From contig JBDROZ010000004.1 of assembly GCA_043809585.1 (NCBI GenBank), forward strand, positions 1 to 34,213: a stretch of DNA of 34,213 bases, given 5' to 3'. Below are positions 9,901-17,779 of the stretch, piece by piece (the stretch's first letter is position 1; each line of letters starts with the position of its first letter). Source of the stretch: Candidatus Eiseniibacteriota bacterium. GTDB lineage: Bacteria > Orphanbacterota > Orphanbacteria > Orphanbacterales > Orphanbacteraceae. Under the pieces are notes generated by a model. The model saw nothing but the letters and a program-made list of their open reading frames with translations, made no database searches and was not told the origin of the DNA. The position numbers were made by a program, and so were the translations under genes.

Positions 9901-11630
9901 GGGGAAACCGGACCGTCGATGACGGCGGCGGCGAACCGTACCGTCTGACCACCGGTCCCCGGGATGACGTGCTCGTCGTGATCGGGGACATGACATTCGA
10001 GAAGGCTGGCGCCTACCGGGATGCCTTGGACCGGCATGGGTGGACCGCGCGGATCGTGGAGGGGACACTGCCCGCCCTCGGCGACCGGACGCGGGGCCTT
10101 CGCTCCCATCCGGCGGTCTGGTGGCAGGCGGGATGGGAGGAGTACCCCCCCTTCTCGGACGCCGCCCGGGAGACGATCGACCGGTATCTGGAGGGGGGCG
10201 GCCGCCTCGGCGTCGTCTCCCACGACGCGGCGTGGGCCCTCGGCGATCCGACCTCGCCTTATCGGACGGCCGAGACCGAAACGTGGCTCGCCGAGCGACT
10301 CAAAGTCGCGTGGAACGCCGAGCCTTCGTACTGGAGCATCGTCTTCGGCTACGGCGGCGACTACATCAGCGGGGACTACACGTTCGGCGTCTCCTACGAC
10401 CCCTTCCGCTCGGGGGGGGCGGGGGACGAGATCGAAGCGGCGGACGAAGGCGCGGGCGCGACGATCGACTCGGTCTGGAAGAACAACTACGGAAACCCGG
10501 TCGGGCTCCGCTGGAGGGAGACCGCGGCGAGCGGCGATCCGGGGAGCGCGGTCTGGGGGGGAACGGCGAACCGGGGGGTCACCTACTGCTTCGAGTGGTC
10601 CGAGTTGAACGAGTGGATCGAGGACGACTACCACCGGGGGCGGATCCTCGACCGTTCCCTCCGGTGGATGATCGGCCGGGACCATCCGGACGTGACGCTC
10701 ACCAGCCTCGGCGGCGGCGGGACCGTCACCTCGGCGCCCGCCACGATCGCGTGGAACGAGACCGCTCCCGGCGGCGTCGGATCCCGGCGAATCGAGTGGA
10801 GCGGCGACGGCGGCGCATCGTGGACGGCGATCGACGAGGACGCGGGTTCCGGCCCCTACTCGTGGGACCTCGAGGGGGTGCCGAACGGCACGGCCGTGCG
10901 GGTCCGGGTCACTCTCTTCGACGCCGGCGATCCCCCCCTCACCGGGCGGTCGGAGTCGGAATCGGATTTCACCGTCGCTCTTCCCGGCAACGATCCCCGG
11001 GGACCCCGGGTGATCGCGGGGAGCGCATCGATCGCGCCCGACCCGGCGCGGCGAGAGGGCGAGGTGGTCCTCACGGCGATCCTCTCCGACTCGACCCGGG
11101 GGGGCTCGGATGTGATCGCCGCCGAGTGGTCTCTCGGTCCGGAGGCGCCGGGCGAAGGCGTTCCGATGAGCGGCGCTTTCGGTTTCTTGACGGCGACCGC
11201 CGTGGACACTCTTTCCGGCGCCCTTCTCGCGATTCCGGTCGACACGATCTGGGTCCGGGGAATGGACGAGGGGGGCGCGTGGGGCGAGGCGTATCCCCTT
11301 CCCGTCACGGTCCGGGGGGACTTCACCGGCGTCGGCGAAGCCGGCCCGCCCGCGAAGTTCGCCCTTCACGGCAACGCGCCGAACCCCTTCAATCCGTCCA
11401 CGGTGATCCGCTTTGATCTCGCCCGAGAATCGAAGACGCGCCTCGCCGTTTATACTCCGGCCGGGCGCCATGTCCGGGGACTCGTGAACGGGAACCTCTC
11501 CGCCGGTCCCCACCAAGTCGTCTGGAACGGTAGGAACGAAGGGGGGCAAGAGGTCGGGAGCGGCGTCTACCTCGTCCGCCTCGAAGCGGGAGAAGATCGC
11601 GCCGTCCGGAAGATTGTCCTCCTCCGATAG
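6990..11630 (+). CDS. Large secreted S8 (subtilisin-like, Kp43-type) serine protease with propeptide, PPC-like, FN3/Ig-like modules and C-terminal FlgD-Ig/T9SS-like domain, 1546 aa
   Basis: Catalytic motifs CDSG (Asp), HGTH (His), SNGNGG (oxyanion Asn), GTSMAAP (Ser). SSRGPADDGRRKP, PSAALLRAAL, GWGRI and LVWTD..LVNDLDL resemble Kp43-type proteases. C-terminal NAPNPFNPST...GSGVYLVRL. Start is TTG 6990 (GGAG upstream) or ATG 7023. Confidence 0.92.
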   Translation: MSASTFRRTISMALGVLLLTPIPSFSFIDDDPDIHRVILEEPLEGVPVDPEGAFLRWAPLPGAERYVLLFSPEPFAPVPGEREPSAPLRRETARNGIPLASIGLPPSEANEWYWAVAALRGRRWETSEARRLRIGSARGAASVPIRKIGRGRFDPRGRAGEMVLSNGVSLTAGRAESGHDSLSRYGIVRFRGPVREEWRRAIEARGAVVAGYLPDDALVVRWDRAVPTEIASSPGVSWTAPYRPEYKRSPALAGPAKRGEIDAVVLLFPGEDSGPFARNLEESGIEVTARGREIVRARLGDDDLETLLRDERVRWIEPRTEARLFNDQCQWVVQSDVAGLRSLWQEGLRGEGIILSLCDSGIRTTHQMYRDDARAVSTWGDYPDHRKLIAYRRSVDSPFVLFGDDPGAWYHGTHTACTLAGNDSTLGGSAVDGVAPDAKIFFVDGGGASNIIYTPVDLGELFLPVYEGNEAGAPRIMSNSWGALLGGAYDSMCEQTDRFVWEHKDFLLLFSNGNGGIPNSVASPAASKNCLAVGGTENGSSADQIYSGSSRGPADDGRRKPAIVAPARLQSASGEWDGAYQTLDGTSMAAPSAAAGAGLMMQYFVEGRYPSGVKEGSPAMQPSAALLRAALVAGAEGDMNGYETPSNDVGWGRIRLSNVLYFPGNARRLAVVDETAGLLTGETAEYEITVASGAEPLEIVLVWTDYPASPAASRNLVNDLDLVVSGGGQEYLGNVFSGGSSLPGGARDSIDVEEVVLVPDPAPGTWSIEVRAEAVPFGPQPFAIVVTGDLDGSAASVAFDRSSYGGDDMVTVRVEDGDLEAGPVVAFWSDTEGEPESIILAGGGGVFAGTIATSTGLPIAGDGLLAVSHGDSIRVAYDDASGGGPRVAAASVSLAGPMILPPSGASPSGGDGEVSWETDVPADSRILFGLDPAFLPDTVRAPELVLSHRIPLAGLLPDTTYYYRVESSDFRGNRTVDDGGGEPYRLTTGPRDDVLVVIGDMTFEKAGAYRDALDRHGWTARIVEGTLPALGDRTRGLRSHPAVWWQAGWEEYPPFSDAARETIDRYLEGGGRLGVVSHDAAWALGDPTSPYRTAETETWLAERLKVAWNAEPSYWSIVFGYGGDYISGDYTFGVSYDPFRSGGAGDEIEAADEGAGATIDSVWKNNYGNPVGLRWRETAASGDPGSAVWGGTANRGVTYCFEWSELNEWIEDDYHRGRILDRSLRWMIGRDHPDVTLTSLGGGGTVTSAPATIAWNETAPGGVGSRRIEWSGDGGASWTAIDEDAGSGPYSWDLEGVPNGTAVRVRVTLFDAGDPPLTGRSESESDFTVALPGNDPRGPRVIAGSASIAPDPARREGEVVLTAILSDSTRGGSDVIAAEWSLGPEAPGEGVPMSGAFGFLTATAVDTLSGALLAIPVDTIWVRGMDEGGAWGEAYPLPVTVRGDFTGVGEAGPPAKFALHGNAPNPFNPSTVIRFDLARESKTRLAVYTPAGRHVRGLVNGNLSAGPHQVVWNGRNEGGQEVGSGVYLVRLEAGEDRAVRKIVLLR

Positions 11631-11676
11631 CATCCGCCGGAATGCTGGAGTCGACAGGCAGCCACCAGTTTCTAAT

Positions 11677-12645
11677 TGTCATCCCCGCGAAGCATGCCCC
11701 CGCGAAGGCGGGGCGCAGGGATCCATCCGGCTCCCCCCCCCGTTCGTCCTGAGTGCCGCGGCCGAAGGCCGCGGTGTATCGAAGCCTGTCCTGAGCCTGT
11801 CGAAGGGGGCGGGCGGGGGAGAACGCGGGAATCAGGTGCGTGATTCCGAAGGCGAAGCCGTAAGTACCTGGCACCTGATTTCCAGGTATTCTGGATGCGG
11901 CGGGACGGGGACCGGCATCGGGAGGGGGCGGGGCATAACCGGGGAGGTGTTGTCGGCCTCCGCACCGCCGGTTCGCGAGGCCGGAGGGCTGTAGGCATCA
12001 TCCTCCGCGCTTCCGCGCTCCGGATGCTTCCTCGCCCACCCACCTCCGCCTGCGGCTCCGGTGGGTACCCGGGCTCGGTCGCCGCAGCACGACGAGCGTC
12101 CTAGCCTGCCCCATCCCCCTCCCTCCTCCGATCCCCCGCCCCACCGGAATCATGCCCCCCCGTTCGTCCTGAATAGGCCGTAACCCTCTCATTGTGCCCC
12201 TAACCCCCGTTCGTCCTGAGTGCCGCGGCCGAAGGCCGCGGTGTATCGAAGGATGAACCGGGGATAACGTGCTCGCACGGGCGGGTCCTGACCGCTCCTG
12301 TCCGCTGCGATGCTCGCCAGTCGCACGTTTGTACTCAGTGGTCCTTGTTGCGTGAACCGCACCTCTCGTCTTCGCTGATGCACTGATGCTCGGGATCGGG
12401 TGCTTGGTGGCTGCGCTTCTCGCGGACCCCTGTCGCGGCCACCCGCCCGTCGCTATGTATGATCAGCCAGGACTCCGCCCGAAGGAGGGGAAACGGATTC
12501 AGCGGAGAAGGCGAAGCTTCGCCCCGCCATCCCATTGTATTGTCATCCCGGCGCAGGGGATCCAGGAAATCTGATTCCCCGATTCGCCACCCGTCCCAAC
12601 CGCTGCTATCCTGAGAGTACCCGGCGGAAGCCGGCGGGGAATTCC
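11677..12645. repeat. Intergenic mosaic of several palindromic REP-like repeat families
   Basis: 48-nt direct repeat CCCCGTTCGTCCTGAGTGCCGCGGCCGAAGGCCGCGGTGTATCGAAG at about 11737-11784 and 12205-12251, with a partial third copy at about 12155-12172. TGTCATCCC...GGATCCA units at about 11677-11725 and 12541-12564. GTCCTGAGCCTGTCGAAGG at about 11788-11806. GGAATCAGGTGC/GCACCTGATT inverted repeat at about 11828-11883. Confidence 0.85.
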
Positions 12646-12677
12646 GTTCGAGAGGGTCGTCTGGAAACGGAGCGGTC

Positions 12678-13226
12678 ATGCGTGCGTGGATTCTGCCCTC
12701 CGTGCTCTTGGTGATGTGTCTTGCCCCCTCTCTTCCGGCGGAGGAGTACTCGGTCGAACTCGATCTCGACGGGGTGATCGGCAACGGACCGGACATCGAA
12801 AGCGCCCTGGTCAGCGATCTCGTCTACGTCGATGTCTGGGTGTTCGGGCCCGGTCCCCTTTTCGCGGTCGGGTTGACTATCTGCAACTTGGACGGTGCGC
12901 TGGAATACGAAGGGGCCGCGGGCAACCTCCCTCCGGGTTGGATTATGACCCCCCTGTTGCCGCCGGGGATCTGTTTCGACATCGGGGCGATTGATATCTC
13001 CTTCACCTCACCGGTTGCGCTGCCGTGGCTGTTCTTCACCGTGACCTATCACGCCGCGGTGGACGATGCCTACGGCCACATCATCGTCGACCTGGAACAA
13101 TCCGGATGGATGGATTCCGGCTTTCAGAGCGGGGTGTTTTCCGATTTCGTCGGCGCCGGCGTGCGGATCGGTGCCACGAGCACCGACAGGAGCAGTTGGG
13201 GTTCGGTCAAGAGTCTTTTCCGCTGA
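12678..13226 (+). CDS. Small secreted protein of unknown function with C-terminal SSWGSVKSLFR tail, 182 aa
   Basis: GGAG RBS, signal peptide MRAWILPSVLLVMCLAPSLPA, beta-rich mature region, terminal TDRSSWGSVKSLFR. Confidence 0.8.
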   Translation: MRAWILPSVLLVMCLAPSLPAEEYSVELDLDGVIGNGPDIESALVSDLVYVDVWVFGPGPLFAVGLTICNLDGALEYEGAAGNLPPGWIMTPLLPPGICFDIGAIDISFTSPVALPWLFFTVTYHAAVDDAYGHIIVDLEQSGWMDSGFQSGVFSDFVGAGVRIGATSTDRSSWGSVKSLFR

Positions 13227-13257
13227 CCCCTACTCCTCCCCATTCCTCTCCTCCCTC

Positions 13258-13741
13258 TCGTAGCGGTGGCCGTGGGTCGCCATCACCCGAACGATCCGGT
13301 GCTTTAGGCGGACCACGTGGGACTGAACGGCGAGTCTCGACCGGACCAACTGAAGGATCGCTTCGTACTCCGGATCGGGCACGGTCACCGGAACAAGGTT
13401 CCCGGCGCGGTAGTGCCGGACCAGGTGGACCCCGTCGAGACGACCCGTCTTCCGCCGGTCCCCGGGCTTGCGGGGGATGAGGCTCGGGGCGATGACCTCG
13501 CAGAAAAGACCGTCCTGCTCCAACCGGCGCTGAAGCACGTACCCCGCGCTCGATGCCTCATAACAGCCGCGGGGGTTGCCCTCCTGGCTGAGGCGACGGA
13601 ACATCCGTCGAACGGCGTTGAGATCCCCCGGTAATCGCTCGATCCGGGGATCGTGCCCCCGTCCGATAAGACGGCGGCGGTAACGGAGTCCTGGTGGACA
13701 TCCATCCCCACCCACACGGTCTCTGTGGTACTCTGGATCAT
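13258..13741 (-). pseudogene. IS110-family transposase (DEDD RuvC-like N-terminal domain), frameshifted and truncated
   Basis: ATG 13741 gives VWVGMDVHQDSVTAAVL. After a frameshift at the G5 run (13656-13660) it continues CYEASSAGY.L.R.L...G..C.VIAPSLIPRKPGDRRKTGRLDG..L.R..RAG.L..V.VP...EA...LVR.R. Third catalytic Asp is Gly; C-terminal transposase domain absent. Confidence 0.9.
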
Positions 13742-13828
13742 GGCTGGGCGCCTCTCGGGTTGTGTGCACTAGTCTTCGCGGACTAACCCACGATAAGCCG
13801 ATGTGCCCAGCCGTTCCATGTTGTCTAG
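13258..13828 (-). mobile_element. IS110-family insertion sequence remnant (left end plus 5' part of tnp)
   Basis: Transposase remnant plus a structured non-coding end of about 87 nt starting CTAGACAACATGGAAC; the exact element boundary is inferred. Confidence 0.7.
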
Positions 13829-13855
13829 TCGACGAGGCAGCGTCGCGATTGCTTC

Positions 13856-16800
13856 CTAGTCGTCACGCCTTTGGATCTCGCGCTCGATCGCCATCCAGGT
13901 GATCAGGTGGATATCCTCTCTGACGATAGGAGGCAGTGGTTCGGGCGGGTGGAACGGCTCCGTCCCGATACGCTCGACCTCCTCGACGAGGTAGCGCGCA
14001 TGCTCGCCGCTCGTTGGGAACTCCTGCTCCCACGCCAGCCGCAAGAGATTCTCCTCCCGGCGAGGCCACGGTGACTCGACCGCGTCGAGGCATCGATGCA
14101 GCCGATCCTGCGAGATGTCCCCCGCCGGGTTCGCACGCAGGAACGAGGCGACATCGCGGTTGAGTTTCCGGATCTTCGGTTGCAGGTTGGCCGGATCCGT
14201 CTCAAAGGTCCACGCATCGTAGATGTCTTGGCGCGCCCTGACCCACGATTCATAGGCGCCTGTCGCCATCTCCTCACTGAGAAGCCGTGGCATGCTCTCA
14301 TCACACTCCAGGAGCCGCAGGCATGTTCCCAGCTCTCCGACGATCTCCCCCTCGGTCTCCCGGGGCACGAAACGAAGGTAGATCCGCCCGCCCACCGTCG
14401 CGCAGAAGAGGTGCCCGGGCCACTCGCCCTTTCGCATCCCTGAGCCCGTGCGCCAGGGCAGATCACGGATCGCATCGCCATACTTCTCCAACGCCCGCCG
14501 CAACTCCTGCCGATACTCTTCCCCCGTCTGAGCGGCCCCTTCGGTTCCACCTGCCTCGTAGATCGAAGCGTCACCGCGGTGGAGTCTCTCGATTTCCTCG
14601 CGCGTATCGGCGAAGGACTGCTCGCCGGTCGCTCCTTGCTCGATCGGAGCCTCCTCGACTCCGACCGAGGCTGCCGCCTGTGCGAGCTTGCGGCGCACCC
14701 GGCCCTCGAGATTGAGCAGTGCCTCCAGCTGAGCGTCCGGAAAGAATGTGCGAACGAAAACACTCCTGTGCGGACTTCCGATCCGGTCCACGCGGCCGTG
14801 GCGTTGCACGAGACGCATGGGATTCCAGGGCAAGTCGTAGTTCACGACGTTCCGGCACTGCTGGAGGTTCATCCCCTCGGCGAGAACATCCGTGCACAAG
14901 AGGAGATCGAAGCGATCCTCGGCGTCCGGGGGCAGGGCCCCCGTCGAGATCGGGGCGAATCCGTGCAGTGCCTTCTCACGCGCGATACCGCCACGCACCT
15001 CGGCACCGCTCACGGAGGCGACGCGGCCACGGTAGGCAGTGAGGCGTGGGTCGCGCTCGATGGCCGGGGCGAGCTGGTTCTCCACCCAGTCGATCGTGTC
15101 TTCGTAGTGCGAAAACACAAGCACTTTGCGCTTCTGGCGCGCGTCATCTTCATCCATCGCCTCGTCGCCTGCCTGCTTGGCGATTATGGCCAGCGTTTCG
15201 ACGAGCGCCGCAAGCTTGGGGTCGCCTTCGGGCTGTACCTTGGCCGCTTCGGTCCCCATTTCCCGGAGGAGCGCCAGGTCCGATCGTACGTCGGCCGCCA
15301 GTCGCGCGACGTCGTAGGCCGATGCGTCTTCGGCGTGCTCGCTCCCCTCGAGGAGCTCCTCGATGTCTCCCTCGTCCTCGGCGGCCGACAGTTCCCGGAA
15401 GAACTCTTTGCGTACGACGCGCCCTCGTGAGATCGCATCGAGAAAGGCCTCGTGCGCTCGGATCATCCGCCCAACGGTCCGACGGAACGCCTCCACCGAA
15501 GACTCGAAACGCTTGAGAAGTGCCGACCGCAGCAACCCGACGAGCGCCGCGTCCTCGCCGGCATCGCCCCCGCCCGCCGGATAGCGCTCGGGCTGATAGC
15601 GCGCCATGCGGAGGAGCGGGTGGCCGCATTCCGGCATGAGGATTTCCTCGAGGCGCGCGAAGAACCCGGGAAGAACCGCGTCGAGGTTGTAGCCGATTGA
15701 CGAGGCGATCGGTCTCGGAAAACGGATCGGGACCATCCGCCCGTCCGGTCCGCGGATCTGGTCACTCGCGTAGTACTTCTTGATGAAGCGCCGTGTCCGC
15801 TTGACGGTGGTTGCATCGATGATCGGGTAGAGCAGATCGGGGCTCAGGTTGAACGGATCCGCGCGCATGCCGTGCTCGAACCGCTCGCGGATCGAAAGTA
15901 CCCCGCGGTCGGAGAGCCAGGCGTCTTGCTTCATGAAGAAACGGAGCAAATGATAGAGATCCCAGAGCGAGTTATTGACCGGCGTTGCCGTCAACAGCAG
16001 CAGATCCCGCCGCTTACCAGCAAGCAGACGTCTGAGGACGGCAGCGCGCTTGGCGGTATCGGGGTTCCGGTAGTTGTGCGCCTCGTCCACGACGACCAGC
16101 GCGTAGTCTTCGAGCGGATTATGGAGATGCCGCTGATTCCCTCCGAGCTGGGCGTCGTTCGCCAGCTCCTCGTACGAAAGGCACTCCACCATGAGCTGAA
16201 AATCATTCAGGAACCGTTCCCATGTGGTGTCGCGCAGGGAGGCCGGGCAGACGAGGAGAACCCGCTGCCGGCGGTCCCGGTAGTCGCGGATGATCTCCCC
16301 GGCGGTGTACGTCTTCCCGAGACCCACTCCGTCGGCGATCATCACGCCGCCGTACTTCGCGAGGATCTTCCGCGCCCGCCAGACACCGTGCTTCTGGAAG
16401 GTCGTGATCGGGATCGTGCCGGTTTCCTTCTCCTCTTCCTCCAGCTCCTCATGGTAGAGGTGCCAGAGTATCTTGAGGTAGACCAAGTACGGAGGGATCT
16501 CGATGAGCAGCTCTTCATAGATCGCCGCGAGGTCGAAGGGAGCCGCTTCGCCCCATAGCGACTCGAACCACTCCTCGACCCGCCCGACGAGGGGGTCCTG
16601 GTGGTGGCCGAGCACCAACTCGAGATTCGTCTGGAGTCCCGCGCGGGTGAGGTTCGCGGACCCCGCGAGGACTCCGCGCTCCCCGCCTCGGAAGACGAAC
16701 GCCTTGGCGTGCAGGAAGTGCCCTTCGTAGCGGCGTACCTCGATCCGGCCGGAGCGCAGGAACTCGAGTAAGCTCCGGATCGCGCCGTCCTCGGCGAGAT

Positions 16801-17182
16801 CGAAGGGCAAGAGATCCCGGTCACGGCGCAGCCCCTGCTCGAGCCGTGAGAGCCCTTGCGTCACGCGGCGGTGCGTAAACTCGGGTTCCGTCGGATCATA
16901 GGGCGTGCGCCGCGGGAGCATCGACTCCGGCGTCGGGTCCGCGCCGAGCAACAGCCGGATTCGGGGAACTTGCCGCGCCTCACTCGCGATAAGCTCTAAG
17001 CCCTGCGGATTAAAGTAGCAGGTCGCCACGCACAGCTCCGCGGGAGTTCGGCCCTCTTGCCGCAGCGCGGCAAGGTGGGTCGTGATCGCCCGCGCGAGAG
17101 TGTTCCCATCACGGTTGTCTACGAAGACGGGCCTGACGGCCCCGGTACCGCGCTCGACGTCACTCATGTTCTTCTCGTTCAC
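13856..17182 (-). CDS. PLD-family nuclease domain fused to SNF2/SF2 helicase, about 1108 aa
   Basis: N-terminal ATCYFN...LLLG...FLHAKAFVF...GSANLT..GL..N.EL (single HxK PLD motif). Helicase motifs ADGVGLGKT, VVVDEAHNYRN, LLTATPVNNS, KVLVFS...DT, TDVLAEGMNLQ, NYDLPWNPMRLVQRHGRVDRIGS. Start GTG 17182 or ATG 17167. Confidence 0.92.
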   Translation of the reverse strand: MNEKNMSDVERGTGAVRPVFVDNRDGNTLARAITTHLAALRQEGRTPAELCVATCYFNPQGLELIASEARQVPRIRLLLGADPTPESMLPRRTPYDPTEPEFTHRRVTQGLSRLEQGLRRDRDLLPFDLAEDGAIRSLLEFLRSGRIEVRRYEGHFLHAKAFVFRGGERGVLAGSANLTRAGLQTNLELVLGHHQDPLVGRVEEWFESLWGEAAPFDLAAIYEELLIEIPPYLVYLKILWHLYHEELEEEEKETGTIPITTFQKHGVWRARKILAKYGGVMIADGVGLGKTYTAGEIIRDYRDRRQRVLLVCPASLRDTTWERFLNDFQLMVECLSYEELANDAQLGGNQRHLHNPLEDYALVVVDEAHNYRNPDTAKRAAVLRRLLAGKRRDLLLLTATPVNNSLWDLYHLLRFFMKQDAWLSDRGVLSIRERFEHGMRADPFNLSPDLLYPIIDATTVKRTRRFIKKYYASDQIRGPDGRMVPIRFPRPIASSIGYNLDAVLPGFFARLEEILMPECGHPLLRMARYQPERYPAGGGDAGEDAALVGLLRSALLKRFESSVEAFRRTVGRMIRAHEAFLDAISRGRVVRKEFFRELSAAEDEGDIEELLEGSEHAEDASAYDVARLAADVRSDLALLREMGTEAAKVQPEGDPKLAALVETLAIIAKQAGDEAMDEDDARQKRKVLVFSHYEDTIDWVENQLAPAIERDPRLTAYRGRVASVSGAEVRGGIAREKALHGFAPISTGALPPDAEDRFDLLLCTDVLAEGMNLQQCRNVVNYDLPWNPMRLVQRHGRVDRIGSPHRSVFVRTFFPDAQLEALLNLEGRVRRKLAQAAASVGVEEAPIEQGATGEQSFADTREEIERLHRGDASIYEAGGTEGAAQTGEEYRQELRRALEKYGDAIRDLPWRTGSGMRKGEWPGHLFCATVGGRIYLRFVPRETEGEIVGELGTCLRLLECDESMPRLLSEEMATGAYESWVRARQDIYDAWTFETDPANLQPKIRKLNRDVASFLRANPAGDISQDRLHRCLDAVESPWPRREENLLRLAWEQEFPTSGEHARYLVEEVERIGTEPFHPPEPLPPIVREDIHLITWMAIEREIQRRDD

Positions 17183-17284
17183 TTTCCGGCCGGCTTCCCG
17201 GCACGGACATGCGCCGTGGTCGAGCCGTTTGAGCTGTTCGTGAGCCCTTTCCCCGGCGAGCTTCCGGGGTGACTTCCGGGGCCC

Positions 17285-17779
17285 TCATTTCCGCGTCTGC
17301 AGAACGAAGCGAGCCCGCTCCCGGCGCAGCATCTCGAATGGCGTCATGCACTTGATCCCGAGGCCGATGCACGGCTCAGGGATCTTGATCTTCTTTGTGG
17401 AGGTTGAAGCCTTCTCGTGCGTCACGACGGTGTGCCCGTGAGCGAGCGCATGAGCCACGAGGTAGTAGTCGGCAACTTGGAGGAAGGTGTTGACGGCAGC
17501 CGCCTCGTAGCGCTGCTCGGTAACCCAGGTGCTGACCTTGGGGAGAGCTGACAGAATCGCGGCGTCAGGCTTCAGAAAGAAGCTCGATCCGCGATCCGTC
17601 GCCCAGTCTGACAGCTCGTCGCCACCCGCCTCGATCTCATCGCCGACTCGCTCGATGCTGAAGACCTCGCCAGCGGTGTTCCGCGCCACCAGCCAATCCC
17701 AGAAGGCCGGGCAAAAGTCGAGGCCGTAGTGCAGGTTCTTGGCCTGGATGAAGACGTTGGCATCGAGCAGGTACGGCAT
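17285..17779 (-). CDS. DUF4411 family PIN-like domain protein, 164 aa
   Basis: YLLDANVFIQAKNLHY..DFCPAFWDWL, ADYYLVAHA, VVTHE, KIKIPEPC; start overlaps the upstream stop (TGATG). Confidence 0.9.
   Translation of the reverse strand: MPYLLDANVFIQAKNLHYGLDFCPAFWDWLVARNTAGEVFSIERVGDEIEAGGDELSDWATDRGSSFFLKPDAAILSALPKVSTWVTEQRYEAAAVNTFLQVADYYLVAHALAHGHTVVTHEKASTSTKKIKIPEPCIGLGIKCMTPFEMLRRERARFVLQTRK

Noticed and set aside
11737-12251. 48-nt direct repeats as a CRISPR array or attL/attR pair
   Set aside because: Only two full copies about 470 nt apart, enclosing other repeats; no integrase or tRNA nearby.
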